From Bigelowiella natans CCMP2755 (taxonomy: Eukaryota; Protista; Cercozoa), in the NCBI GenBank assembly GCA_000320545.1, contig ADNK01000562.1, positions 1 through 64,000 on the forward strand: a DNA stretch of 64,000 nt. Direction: 5' to 3'. The notes beneath the pieces are model-generated. The model was not told the DNA's origin and searched no databases. It saw nothing but the letters and a program-made list of their open reading frames with translations. The position numbers and the translations under genes are program-made. This document shows positions 43,192-54,330 of this stretch, piece after piece (within the stretch, counting starts at the first letter, position 1; each line of letters begins with the position of its first letter).

Positions 43192-44109
43192 TCAACAAGG
43201 AAGGCAAGAAATACGCCGTAGTTGCAAACATCGGAGATTCTATGGTTATGAAGAAAAGTAATGGGGAGCCTCTTACGTACGTATCGACTGAACATGTTCC
43301 CGACAATGAAGAGGTCAATTTTAATAATAATTTTAATTTAATATCCCAAATATTTTGATGAATTTTAGCTTGGCTTTGAAGCAGTAAGTTACATTTCCCC
43401 TTGTACTCTCAACGTGCCCCCCGCCCTTCATTTGCTGCATCAACCTGATCATTACCACCATCATCTCTCGCTCCATTAATTAGGAACGAAAGCGTATCGA
43501 GATGTACAACCCAAACCCGAAGATGCCTCTGGTAAGTTTAGCACATGAGTTCTAACGAGATAAGAACTTTGGTCGGGCATGATAAATGCTGAATGACGTT
43601 TTCATGTCTCAAATTCTCACTAATCGAGTAGGTTCGTTACGTTGAGAACACATGGCGAGTTGGCGGTAATATTGAATTCTGTCTCTCTTACAAGTAGTGA
43701 ATTATTCGGGAGGTCTGGGCGAAAACCATAGCTCTATCTTGCTTTGCGTGATCGTTGTCGTTATACTCCCTTCGCTTTTTTTTTCAGGTCTTCTTGCTCT
43801 TTCCCGTGCTTTTGGAGACGCTTACTTGAAGCCTAGTGTAGATTTCGAAGGTAAGAAAGATAAAAGGATGAGGAGGAAGAGGAGGAAGAGAAAGGAGACA
43901 CCATTAGCGGATGGAAAGCCTACAAAAGAAGAAAGAAATCCTTCTTTTCTCCAGTGTGTGATATGTTACCTATTCTTCTTCATCTTGATATTTTTGTTGA
44001 TGATGTGGTTGAATAGGTATCGGCTATCAGGACTCCGACTACATGTCCGGCTTCGGTCTTATTGCGCGCCCTGATGTCGAGGTACAACAGCGCTTCTTCA
44101 CCCCCTTCT

Positions 44110-44208
<99 letters not shown>

Positions 44209-44624
44209 GGTACTTTTCATGATACTATCCATCGATAACAATTATAATCTCAGACAATGGTGGTGTACTCAGGTTTTGGAGCTTAACAGTGCAGATGAAT
44301 ACATGATTATCGCATCCGATGGACTTTTCGAGACCGAACTTCGTGGTGGGGGAGGCGGCCTCACCCCTGAACAAATCAGTAAGTCGTACATCGTTGTCAG
44401 TCTGTGGGGTGCGTTTCTGCTTTATCTATCCACTACATCATCTGCTATTGCAGATTCTCACCTAACCTAACCCTACTATTAATTTTTCCTTTACCAATTT
44501 AGCGGAGCTCATCAACAGCATGAAGGGATCCACCCCCGAGCAGATTAGTGCAAAGCTCGCTGCTGGTGCGCAGGCTGCAGGGTCTACCGATGATGTAACC
44601 GTGATATATGTCCCCCTCAATTAA
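41024..44624 (+). CDS. PP2C (PPM) protein phosphatase with bipartite plastid-targeting leader, about 14 exons
   Basis: Leader MMMNSSTTALCVSVGTSLVLLMLLGG plus an S/R-rich transit segment. PP2C motifs QNEDR, FFAVYDGHGG, GSTA, VANIGDS, STEHVP, LALSRAFGD, IIASDGLF and GSTDDVTVI. Confidence 0.9.
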
Positions 44625-45119
44625 GGGGGAAAAGGAGCTTTAATAGTTCTATTCACGACGGCGACGCTACTTTAATGAGAAAGATAATCGATCTTTGGAG
44701 CAGGTTGGCTATTCAAAAGCAGCAAATTCTAGTAGATCAGGAGAGAAGGGGGACATAGATATTCTTTTAGCTCTTTGCGAATTTCTATTTGCTGTTTTTT
44801 ATTGCTGAAAACAAATACAAGGGGAAGAGGAGGAAAGCGTGGAATATGAGATGGCATGTTGAGACTCGAGGATTGTTGGAAACGATGAAGTAAAAGATAC
44901 CCACTACGTTAAATCTAGCACTGTCGTCTTATTTTATAGTTCTTCGCAGTTGTTCAAAAAGCGTGCATAGCCTGCACGTAAGTAGATGACAATTTGCGAT
45001 TATTCTAGCATTAGTTCTTGACAATGAATGCGCACCATCTGAACAGCTGCATTCAGCAATAGAGCATGTGTGTAATGGTTGATAGACGACTAGTAATATG
45101 TGACGTTACTAGTCGTTCA

Positions 45120-45690
45120 CATGTGCCTGAATGCACATGCTAGCATGGCATGTGCCAGAGGTGCTGATACAAGATGCAGCACTAGACTAGCTAGCTAGTA
45201 GAGCATGGCTAGATCTAGAGATGGCACGTGCTAGCGAGTTGCGTTCAACATTGCTAGATTGCTAGATTGCCAGATTGGTGCAATTCACACAGCTCGCCCC
45301 ATCTCTAGATCTGTCTAAGCAACAATGGACACAGTGCTAGCAGTGCATGCGCAGCACGTCCAATGTGCACTGGCTAGCTGGTGCATGCAATGCCACAATG
45401 CTAGAATGTGTCTAATCACAAGCACATGCCGCACAGCTGCTAGCCAACAAGCATGCGGAGCAATGAGGCACCCACTAGTCCACCGTGGCACACAACACCA
45501 AGCCACATGCAGTTGGCTGCACCGACAGCTGCACAAACATGCTCACATCAGAGACGCAAGCATGTGTTTGCTCTGTGCATTTGCACATGTGGGATTCTTG
45601 TGTCCATTATTTTCACTTTCCTGCATGCGCCGCACGCGAGCGATCCAGTTTTTGCGATTTCAAGAACTTGACGTGTGCACGTGGTGAGAC
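45120..45690. other. TpA-depleted, CTAG-rich island downstream of the PP2C 3' end
   Basis: ACTAGACTAGCTAGCTAG and TTGCTAGATTGCTAGATTG are present; very few non-CTAG TA. Confidence 0.8.
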
Positions 45691-45727
45691 TGTCGTATTT
45701 GATGATGAAATGATCAAATTCTATCTT

Positions 45728-46475
45728 GCTGCTTCTTGGCTAGTAGGTGGTTAAGTATATCCTAGTCCTTCCACCTCCTGCTTAACGGCTTCTATGTCAA
45801 GATCCTCAGCCACTTGACTCTTCTCATCAAACTGATATGATTATAAAACCCGAGCACACATCACAGAGTTCAATAATAAATTCCTCATTACTTATCTTTG
45901 ATCAATCTACTCCGGTTTCATCTGATATGTATTTGATTTCAATCCCTTCTCTGTAAATATAAAATATGCATGGTACGTATAAAGTGTAATCAATATTTGT
46001 CATAATCAGGTATACGGAATTTAGAACTATCGCATCAAAAGAGAAAACCTTCACTGCATCTCAGATTAGATGAGCTATCACTCAGTTTCCGTTGGCCAAC
46101 CTTCATGCATAGTCACATTCAATGTCAGACTCGTTTGCGGACGATCATAAGATAAGAGATAAGAACCGGGACATCCTCCTCTTCCCTTTCTCTGTCGTCC
46201 TCATGGCCATAGCCATGATTTCTGCTATGAAGAAGCTCAGATGGTGTAGCACTAGAAGCATCGCGAGAATGTGCGACAATTGCTTGTGAAGAAGATATTG
46301 AAGGGGTAGGGGATGGTTGCTGCTTCTTGGCTAGTAAATGGTTAAGTATATTTCCTAGTCTTTCCACCTCCCGCTTGACGGCTTCTATATCAAGATCCTC
46401 AGCCATTTGACTCTTCTCATCGAACTGATATGATGAAGATAAAAATTGAGCACATACCACAGAGTTTAACAAGAA
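45728..46475. repeat. diverged ~150-bp direct repeat (45728-45880 and 46319-46478)
   Basis: GCTGCTTCTTGGCTAGTA..TGGTTAAGTATAT...TCAAGATCCTCAGCCA.TTGACTCTTCTCATC.AACTGATATGA occurs in both places. The left copy has a small indel relative to the copy within ORF 46125..46472. Confidence 0.85.
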
Positions 46476-47340
46476 TAAAAAACCTGCCGAGAAACAAATG
46501 TAGTGGCGCTGTTCGCATCTTGTTCATGTTCATCCATTAGACTCCTGTCCTCCTTTAATGCCAAAGAGAATAGTTAGGATTAGAAATCTTGCCAGTAACA
46601 AAGAATACAATCAACAGTCTCTCACATTTGCATTCGTAGCGACCAGATCGCTACAAATGGATACATCTATGTGCACAACGACGTCGCTTGTTTACCTCGT
46701 CAGAGAATTCTTCCTCACTCTCTTCGTCTTCTGTACCATTAAGATGACACTCAAAACTAGAGCGTGCTTAAATAGTTACTCAGGATTTAAATTGTGATCT
46801 TGTTTATTTTACCCATGCTAAATTTATTTTTGCTGCTAGATTTATACAATCTGTGAGTCCGACTCGGTGCTTGTACAAAGTCCACCCTTTGAGGCCCAGG
46901 ATCCTCGAAGTAGCCTATCGTTTCCGAGCATGCATTGATGACTCTCTTGGTGACTTTCCAGACCTTGTTCTCGATTTGTAACTCGAACTCGGCTAGCACC
47001 CCGGCAATCGACTCCATCTGTTGTGTGTCTTTGGCTTCGTTGTTCAGGAGATACAGGCGAATATTCCCGCAGAATATCGGACAAAATCATGTCGCAGGAG
47101 AGAGAATGCCCTACAACAGTCCAGAGACAAAACCCAGTTTGTTGGTGCTGGCTTGGCCGATGTTTTAATTTGCATTTGTCATGTTGTGAGAACACTGCAG
47201 ATGATGTTTTGTGCGCGACAAAGAAATGTTCGGTTCAACATGATCTCAGCTGCTTGTCTGTCCACACGCACGGGATCTGCACTCAAGCACGCTGGTCACT
47301 TCATTCCTTCCATGCCTGTGATCCATTTTGTTTGTAACTT
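46125..47340 (-). CDS. hypothetical protein or pseudogene fragments
   Basis: Minus-strand ORFs 46787..47017 and 46125..46472 (AEDLDIEAVKREVERLGNILNHLL, coiled-coil-like). Splicing not resolved and no family recognised. Confidence 0.3.
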
Positions 47341-48435
47341 CATTCATTCACTGATCTTCTCATGAGTCATTCCAGTTCACATGCTTCGCTAGATCCATGG
47401 GTTCCTGTTGTGGGAGACGTTGCAAGCTAGCAAGGGGGTTCACGCACGTTCAGGTCACATGCACACTGAAATGGCCAGGTGGTCACACCGTTTGTCGTGT
47501 TCTCACTCCTCACCTCAAACCTGAGACCCCTGCTGTCGTCGTTGGATCTCGTTTCCTTTGCGCCTTCATGCTCTGCTGCAGCTTGCCAGTGCTGAAAGTG
47601 GTGGCCAGACAACTCTCACTTGCCAGCTTGGCCAGTTGGGGGTCTCTGGTTGGCTGGGCTGGTGGGTGTGCCTGAACGTCCCGTGTCGTTTGTGTGTGAG
47701 TCACGATTTTGTCAACTCCTGAATTGTGCTTCACTGCGCTGTTGTGAAATTGACAATTCCACTGTTCCACGATGCTGTCTGGCGTGGTTTCACTCCAGCA
47801 CTGTTCTCAAAACAATTGATCTGTTTGTTCCTCTGGTCCTCAAAGCAAACTCCAGAACTGGCCAAGCTCCAGAGCTAGCAAGTCTAGAAGTGTCATCTTC
47901 TCTGGTCCAGTGGTGCTGGTGCCCGCTGGCTAGAGCACATGGCAACTCTTGAACTGGCAGAAAGCCGCGGCGCGCTTGCAACGTTCAGGCACGTCTGGAC
48001 GTGCCAGCGTGTTGTGACGTCACTTCCGTCACACAACACCTTGTAATTTCAGAACACTGCAACAGCAAGTCATTGCTGTCAATTTTTCACACATGCAAAG
48101 AGTGAAATCTTGCACTGGCATGGCCAGACAGGCTAGCAGTTCAGCTAGCTGCGTGAACAACATGAAGATTGAAAACCATCTGTGGTTGACGACAGTGCAC
48201 ATCTGTGCATCAGGATCTCTTGGATCTGGACAGATGGCGATGTTCACATGGAATCGAATTTGAATGCTAGAATGTCTAGTGTGCACTAGTGCACAACAGT
48301 GGTGTTTTGTTGTGCATGCAACAACCTCAATGGCAAATCAGTTCCCCCCGCATGTTGACATTTCTTGCAAGAAAATGATGCAACCGACGCGTGTGACGTG
48401 AATCAACTTCTTTTCATCGCTTGAATGACAACATG
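47340..48435. other. TpA-depleted island downstream of the TK-TAL-TAL stop codon
   Basis: About ten CTAG sites and one GTAA (~48044) are the only TA seen in ~1.1 kb. Confidence 0.85.
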
Positions 48436-48562
48436 ATAACGTGCTCAGCAGGGCGCTGCCAAAAACATGGTGTACAAACCCACTGTGCGCCTGGGCCATA
48501 ATGTGATCCTTGTAAATACTTTCAGTGGTTGAACATCGCAAGGTATTGTGCAAAATTTTGAA

Positions 48563-51500
48563 TCAAAGTTCGCCCCGGATGATTCCTTCAAGTTCAATTG
48601 AGGCAGCAGCAAACTTGCGTATGCCCTCTGCGAGTTTATCGGTCGCCATAGCATCCTCGTTTAACATGAATCGGAATGTTTTTTTGTCCAGGCACATTTT
48701 GTCAAACTCTTCAATTTCAGCGAAATTTTTGCTTAATCTTTTCATGAGAGGTTCTTTGCACTCGCTCATTTGCTGCAAAAACTTCGGTCCTATCGTCAAT
48801 TTATCACAACCAGCAAGCTCAATAATCTGTCCTCTATTACGAAATGAGGCTCCCATAACTATTGTCTTATATCCAAATTTCTTGTAGTAATTGTAAATCT
48901 TCGTCACAGATTCAACACCAGGATCCCCCTTCCCATCCTTCCACTCCTTCCCTTCCTTTGCAGCATACCAGTCCATGATGCGCCCAACAAACGGAGATAT
49001 CAAAGTGGCTCCAACTTCAGCGCACGCCACGGCTTGGCACATACTAAACAATAATGTCATATTGCAGTGGATGCCTTCTTTTTCGAGGATTTCAGCTGCC
49101 TTAATACCTTCCCAGGTGCTTGCGATTTTTATCAAAACTTTCTTTGTAGGGTTGACTCCACGCTCCCTATACATTTTTACCAAAGAGCGTGCTTTGGCGA
49201 CTGTAGCCTCGGTATCAAACGAAAGGCGAGCATCGACTTCAGTACTGACAACACCTGGAACAATCTTCGAAATTTCGACTCCAAAATTCACAGCAAGCCG
49301 ATCCATAGCTAGACTGACTATGGCTTCCAAAGATGAACCTTTTCCTTCTGATTTAGCATATTCTACAGCTTCTGATACGAGATGTTTATATGCTGGGAGC
49401 TTGCTTGCGCTAAGGATGAGTGAAGGATTTGTCGTAGCATCCACAGGTTTGTACTTCTTAATGGCCTCGATATCTCCAGTATCAGCCACGATAATGGTGT
49501 ACTGCTGAAGTGATTCTAATTGGTTCATCGGAAAATTACGAATTCCCCTTGGTATAGGTTTGTAGTGATGCTTTCGAATAATAGTTTCTAATTCAATTGA
49601 AGCTGCCGCAAATTTTCGAATACCTTCAGCCAGCTTTTCTGTTGCCATAGCATCTTCGTTTAGCATGAATCGGAATGTTTTTTTGTCAATCGAAATCTTC
49701 TTAAAATCTGATGCAAGAGCAGATGTGGGGGCTAATTTTTGAAGAATGGGATCAGTACTTTCGCTCATTTGCTGCAAAAACTTCGGTCCTATCGTCAATT
49801 TATCACAACCAGCAAGCTCAATAATCTGTCCTCTATTACGAAATGAGGCTCCCATAACTATTGTCTTATATCCAAATTTCTTGTAGTAATTGTAAATCTT
49901 CGTCACAGATTCAACACCAGGATCCCCCTTCCCATCCTTCCACTCCTTCCCTTCCTTTGCAGCATACCAGTCCATGATGCGCCCAACAAACGGAGATATC
50001 AAAGTGGCTCCAACTTCAGCGCACGCCACGGCTTGGCACATACTAAACAATAATGTCATATTGCAGTGGATGCCTTCTTTTTCGAGGATTTCAGCTGCCT
50101 TAATACCTTCCCAGGTGCTTGCGATTTTTATCAAAACTTTCTTTGTAGGGTTGACTCCACGCTCCCTATACATTTTTACCAAAGAGCGTGCTTTGGCGAC
50201 TGTAGCCTCGGTATCAAACGAAAGGCGAGCATCGACTTCAGTACTGACAACACCTGGAACAATCTTCGAAATTTCGACTCCAAAATTCACAGCAAGCCGA
50301 TCCATAGCTAGACTCACTTGTTCTGATATATTTGCACATATCGTATGAGATCTTGCATATTCTACAGCTTCTGATACGAGATGTTTATATGCTGGGAGCT
50401 TGCTTGCGCTAAGGATGAGTGAAGGATTTGTCGTTGCATCCACAGGTTTGTACTTCTTAATGGCCTCGATATCTCCAGTATCAGCCACGATTTTGGTGAA
50501 CTTATTAAGGGCGTCAAATTGGTTTCCCTTCGGTAAATGTGTAATATATTCGATATAGTGAAGATCGCGTTTTGCTGCAGCTTCAAATTGTGCTGCTACT
50601 GTAAATCCATGTTCTTTAATTTTAGCACCAGATTTTTCCAACCACTCTCTAACTGAAACGGCTATCTTTTCCGGCACAAACCCGAAATATTCCATACAAT
50701 CCTGTGAATTTTCACTTGTTATCTTTAAAGCTAGATTAAATCAGCATGATTGATTATTACCGATCCTTTGCCAGATACACCAAACGTCCTCATAACAATT
50801 GTATGATGAGCATACTTGTACCATCTAAGGAAGCATAATCACTTAATTGTAGAATTTCAAGGGGAAATTATTGAGAACCCGCTGGCAGCTGCAGCTTCAA
50901 CAGCTATGATAGGTACTTTGAAAGGTAAAACTTGTCGACGATACTCAAGTGATTGCTCGTCAAAGAGCTTGGCACATGGCATCGAAACTACTCCAATGTT
51001 TCCAAGAAGTTTGGCAGCCTCGAGGCATGTGCTAACTTCGGATCCAGTAGCGATTAGAATTGCATCAGGGTCCTAATGCATTTTTAAGTCATAGGCATTC
51101 TGAACTTTCGTGAACTGAAAGCACTACCTTTTGCTCTCTAAGAGTATAGGCACCTTTCGCTACATTTTCAATGCTGCTGCCATCTAGCTGGGGAAGTTTC
51201 TAATAGTTGAATATTTTAGGTGCAACGATACCGTGAGTATCATAAGATTTTATTTGTATGAATCCACCTGTCTACTTAAAGCAAACACAGAAGGTGTGTG
51301 TTGCTGCTCCATTGCAATTTTGTACGCCCCACTTGTCTCATTTCCTGTTTTGGATGCAAAATTTAAATTTGTTTGGTTTCAGAGGATTCATGTTGTCACC
51401 ATCTGCTGGACGAAACATGAGAACATTCGGAGTCATTCGGACCATATTCACCTAAAATATGCACACGTTGTCCGGTTGTGAGTCAATTTCAAATCTTTAG

Positions 51501-54200
51501 AAATCATTTGAAGCATATTGCTCACTTGCTCGATGGGCTGGTGTGTAGGCCCATCCTCTCCAATACCAAGAGAATCATGAGTCATAATATATATGTGTTT
51601 ATGTCCTGAGATAAGAAAGCTTTCAGCTGTGTGAGATGATTAACATTTTATTATTATACCACTAAGGGCAGCGAGACGCACAGCAGGGAACATATATTCG
51701 ATGAAAGTCAAGAACGTTGCAGTAAATGGGATGATTCCTAATTTGGCATTACAAACTCAGTGGTGATAGTCAAAATAGAAAGTTTTGATTCTACCCCCGT
51801 AAGCATGAAGGCCATTCCCAATGGCACCCATTCCATGTTCACGAACACCGAATCGAAGGTACCTTCCCAAAGTCATAATTCAACTTCTTTGTAATAACAA
51901 TTTGCTGCAGAGGCCGTCGTCTACCTTCCTTCGGGTGTCTTGCGTTGAAAATCCCCAGTACAATTAAGTTTAGTCTGCGTATGTATGGTTGTAAGCTGTA
52001 GAACAATGCAATAAATATTAGTTATGACAGGTAACAATTTTCTACTTTGTTTGAAGGTGTAAGGTCTGCAGAACCACCGACAAGTTCTGGCAGCACCTCG
52101 GCCAAGGCATTCAGTGCGGATCCAGAAAGAGAACGCGTTGCATTTGGTTTATCTTCGGGTGTGTACCTGGGTAATACTTTTTCCCAACCATCTGGAAGCT
52201 TTCCAGCAAAACGGCGCTCAATTTCTGCTGCTTCCGTTGGATATTTCTCTTTATAACTTGAGAAAAGTGATGCCCATTCGGCAACAAGACGGTTTCCTTC
52301 TTTCTTCTTCATGCGATATGCGTCTAGAACCTGATTAAGAATAACTTGCGTCCTGCTCTATGGGACGATATTCTAGATTACTTACTTTGGGAGGAACATG
52401 GAAGTTTACATTTGGATCGAATCCGAACCTTTCTTTCACCTAATTGTGAACGTATAATTTTTACTGTGTATAATTCATTTTCTTGAGTCTGTAGTTTGTT
52501 TGACCTTTGCAACATCTTCTGTCCCGAGAGGGGCGCCATGAACTTCATGAGTTCCTTCCTTCGATGATCCAAATCCAATTACTGTCTTGCATTTGATAAT
52601 CGTTGGCATATGCTTCTCCTAAATCATGTCAAATATATGTCATACCCCCTTCCAGAATTGCATATTCGTATTAGCTTGCTAACTTGTTGTGCAATCTTGA
52701 TTGCGGCCATGATAGCTTTTGTATCACGGTTGGCATCCAGCACCTAAAGTTTGTAGACAACAAAGCATTTAAGTTGTGAGTTGCAACTATTTACAGTGAT
52801 ACAAAGTATGTGTAACCACCTCTAGCACTTGCCATCCGTAAGCTTCAAAACGTAACCCAACATCTTCGGTGAAACTCAAGCTTGTGTCCCCATCGATAGT
52901 AATATTGTTGTCGTCATAAAGGACGATTAACTACAGCATATCGAGCACATCAAGTAACATCAATTTATCCAACATGTACACAATACACAGTACTACCTTT
53001 CCCAGACCAAGATGTCCAGCTAGAGAACATGCCTCAGATGCAACTCCCTCTTGCATGCATCCATCTCCACAAAGAACATAGGTGTAGTTATCAAAGATTT
53101 CAAATCCAGGTTTGTTGTACTTGGCCGCCATGTGCTTTTCAGCAATAGCCATGCCTATGGCATTGCTGATGCCTAGTTATTATCGCATGATTCAAAGACT
53201 CATTTTCACTAAAGGCCTTAGAATGGACCTTGTCCTAGGGGGCCTGTACTAACCTCAATACCCTTCGTACAATGACGCTCAGGATGGCCTGGGGTACTTT
53301 AAAATCAAATGCAATGTCTAAGTTTGATTCTTATAAATTTAGTAAAAATAATGATAATACCGACTACAGCAAACCCGAAAATTCTGAAGGTCTTCCATAC
53401 CAACACTATCGTATCCCGTAAGAAACATCATCAGGTATTGTAGAGCGCAGCTATGGCCGTTGGAGAGAACAAATCGATCTCTTCCGATCTGTAATAGCAG
53501 TCCACAATAACATATCAAACTTAAGGAACTGTGCGGTATATGCTGACAAAAAAGCTACCCAATCCGGATCTTGCGGAGCATATCGCATTATTTCTCCCCA
53601 AAGCACGTGAGCCATTGCTGCCATCCCCATCGGGGCACCTAGTGAAAAGAAAATGAGGTAGTCTAAGTCGGCCTAATATTCATTCACCTGGATGTCCACA
53701 ATTTGCCCTTTGCACAATATCGGCAGCAAGTGTGCGAACTGTTCCAATTTGCCGTTCCTGAACATAAACATGAATTTTATCACGATGCAAAGGATTTATT
53801 TGAATGTAATCGCACCATCAGGACGCAGTTTTTTTTATCTTCAAGCACCTGGAGAAGATCGATAGAGGGCAAATGTGTATGCTACATTTTCCATTATTAG
53901 CATTTGAACTCTGGACGACTACGTACCTCCTTCTTCGAATCAACTTGCAACAATTTTGGTACATCTACCGAAATTATTTCTATGACGTCATTGAATTGTG
54001 ATCTAAAGGGAGTCTTTACCATCGGAGGCTTTTGTCGCTTCTTGAGATTTACTGACAGTAGGTACGTCAGTAGTCTTAGCCCCTTCAAGTTTGTGCAATT
54101 GTTCATTTTTCTCTTTTCGTCGATAACTTTTCTTCCGGGGCGTGGTCTTATTGCCGGACTTTGCCTCCATGTCCTTCCAAAATCTCATTGCACTAGCCAT
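48563..54200 (-). CDS. TKL-TAL-TAL: transketolase-transaldolase-transaldolase triple fusion; about 22 short introns in the TK part and a 2.1-kb terminal exon carrying both TAL domains
   Basis: TK motifs [44 protein letters not shown]...DDNNITIDG (ThDP motif), GSADLTPSN and EDGPTHQP. The TK C-terminus (FGVSGKGS|[13 protein letters not shown]) lies in ORF 48563..50695, which then encodes two complete transaldolases ([44 protein letters not shown]). Confidence 0.93.
48590..50490. repeat. intragenic tandem duplication of the transaldolase domain, period 999 bp
   Basis: Matching antisense ORFs at 48975/49974 and 49067/50066 (offset 999). Segment ~48762-49316 reads identical to ~49761-50315. Confidence 0.95.
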
Positions 54201-54330
54201 CTTGAAAGATCGAGCGGGGTGGGTAAATGGGTCTCAATTGAGAAAGATTTGGGGCTAGGGATTTGCACGACTTTCAATTTGAGCTAGGGTTTGAACACGT
54301 GATGGGAAAAAAAGCATCAGTGGGAAAGTA

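Noticed and set aside
45728-46478. Direct repeat pair considered as LTRs or a CRISPR-like array
   Set aside because: Only two diverged copies, overlapping an ORF, with no TG...CA termini, PBS or spacers. This is a local segmental duplication.
47397-48286. Several overlapping Cys/His-rich ORFs on both strands (also at 45315-45754 and 54385-55684)
   Set aside because: Loss of TA removes TAA and most TAG stops and turns Tyr into Cys/His, so long Cys/His-rich ORFs arise passively. They are not metal-binding proteins.
48975-50348. Duplicated + strand ORFs ([10 protein letters not shown]..., MDAFFFEDF...)
   Set aside because: Antisense shadows of the duplicated transaldolase domains.
35293-54200. 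HAD-AKR and TK-TAL-TAL as a sugar-metabolism gene cluster
   Set aside because: They are separated by ~9.5 kb and an unrelated PP2C gene, with no evidence of co-regulation.
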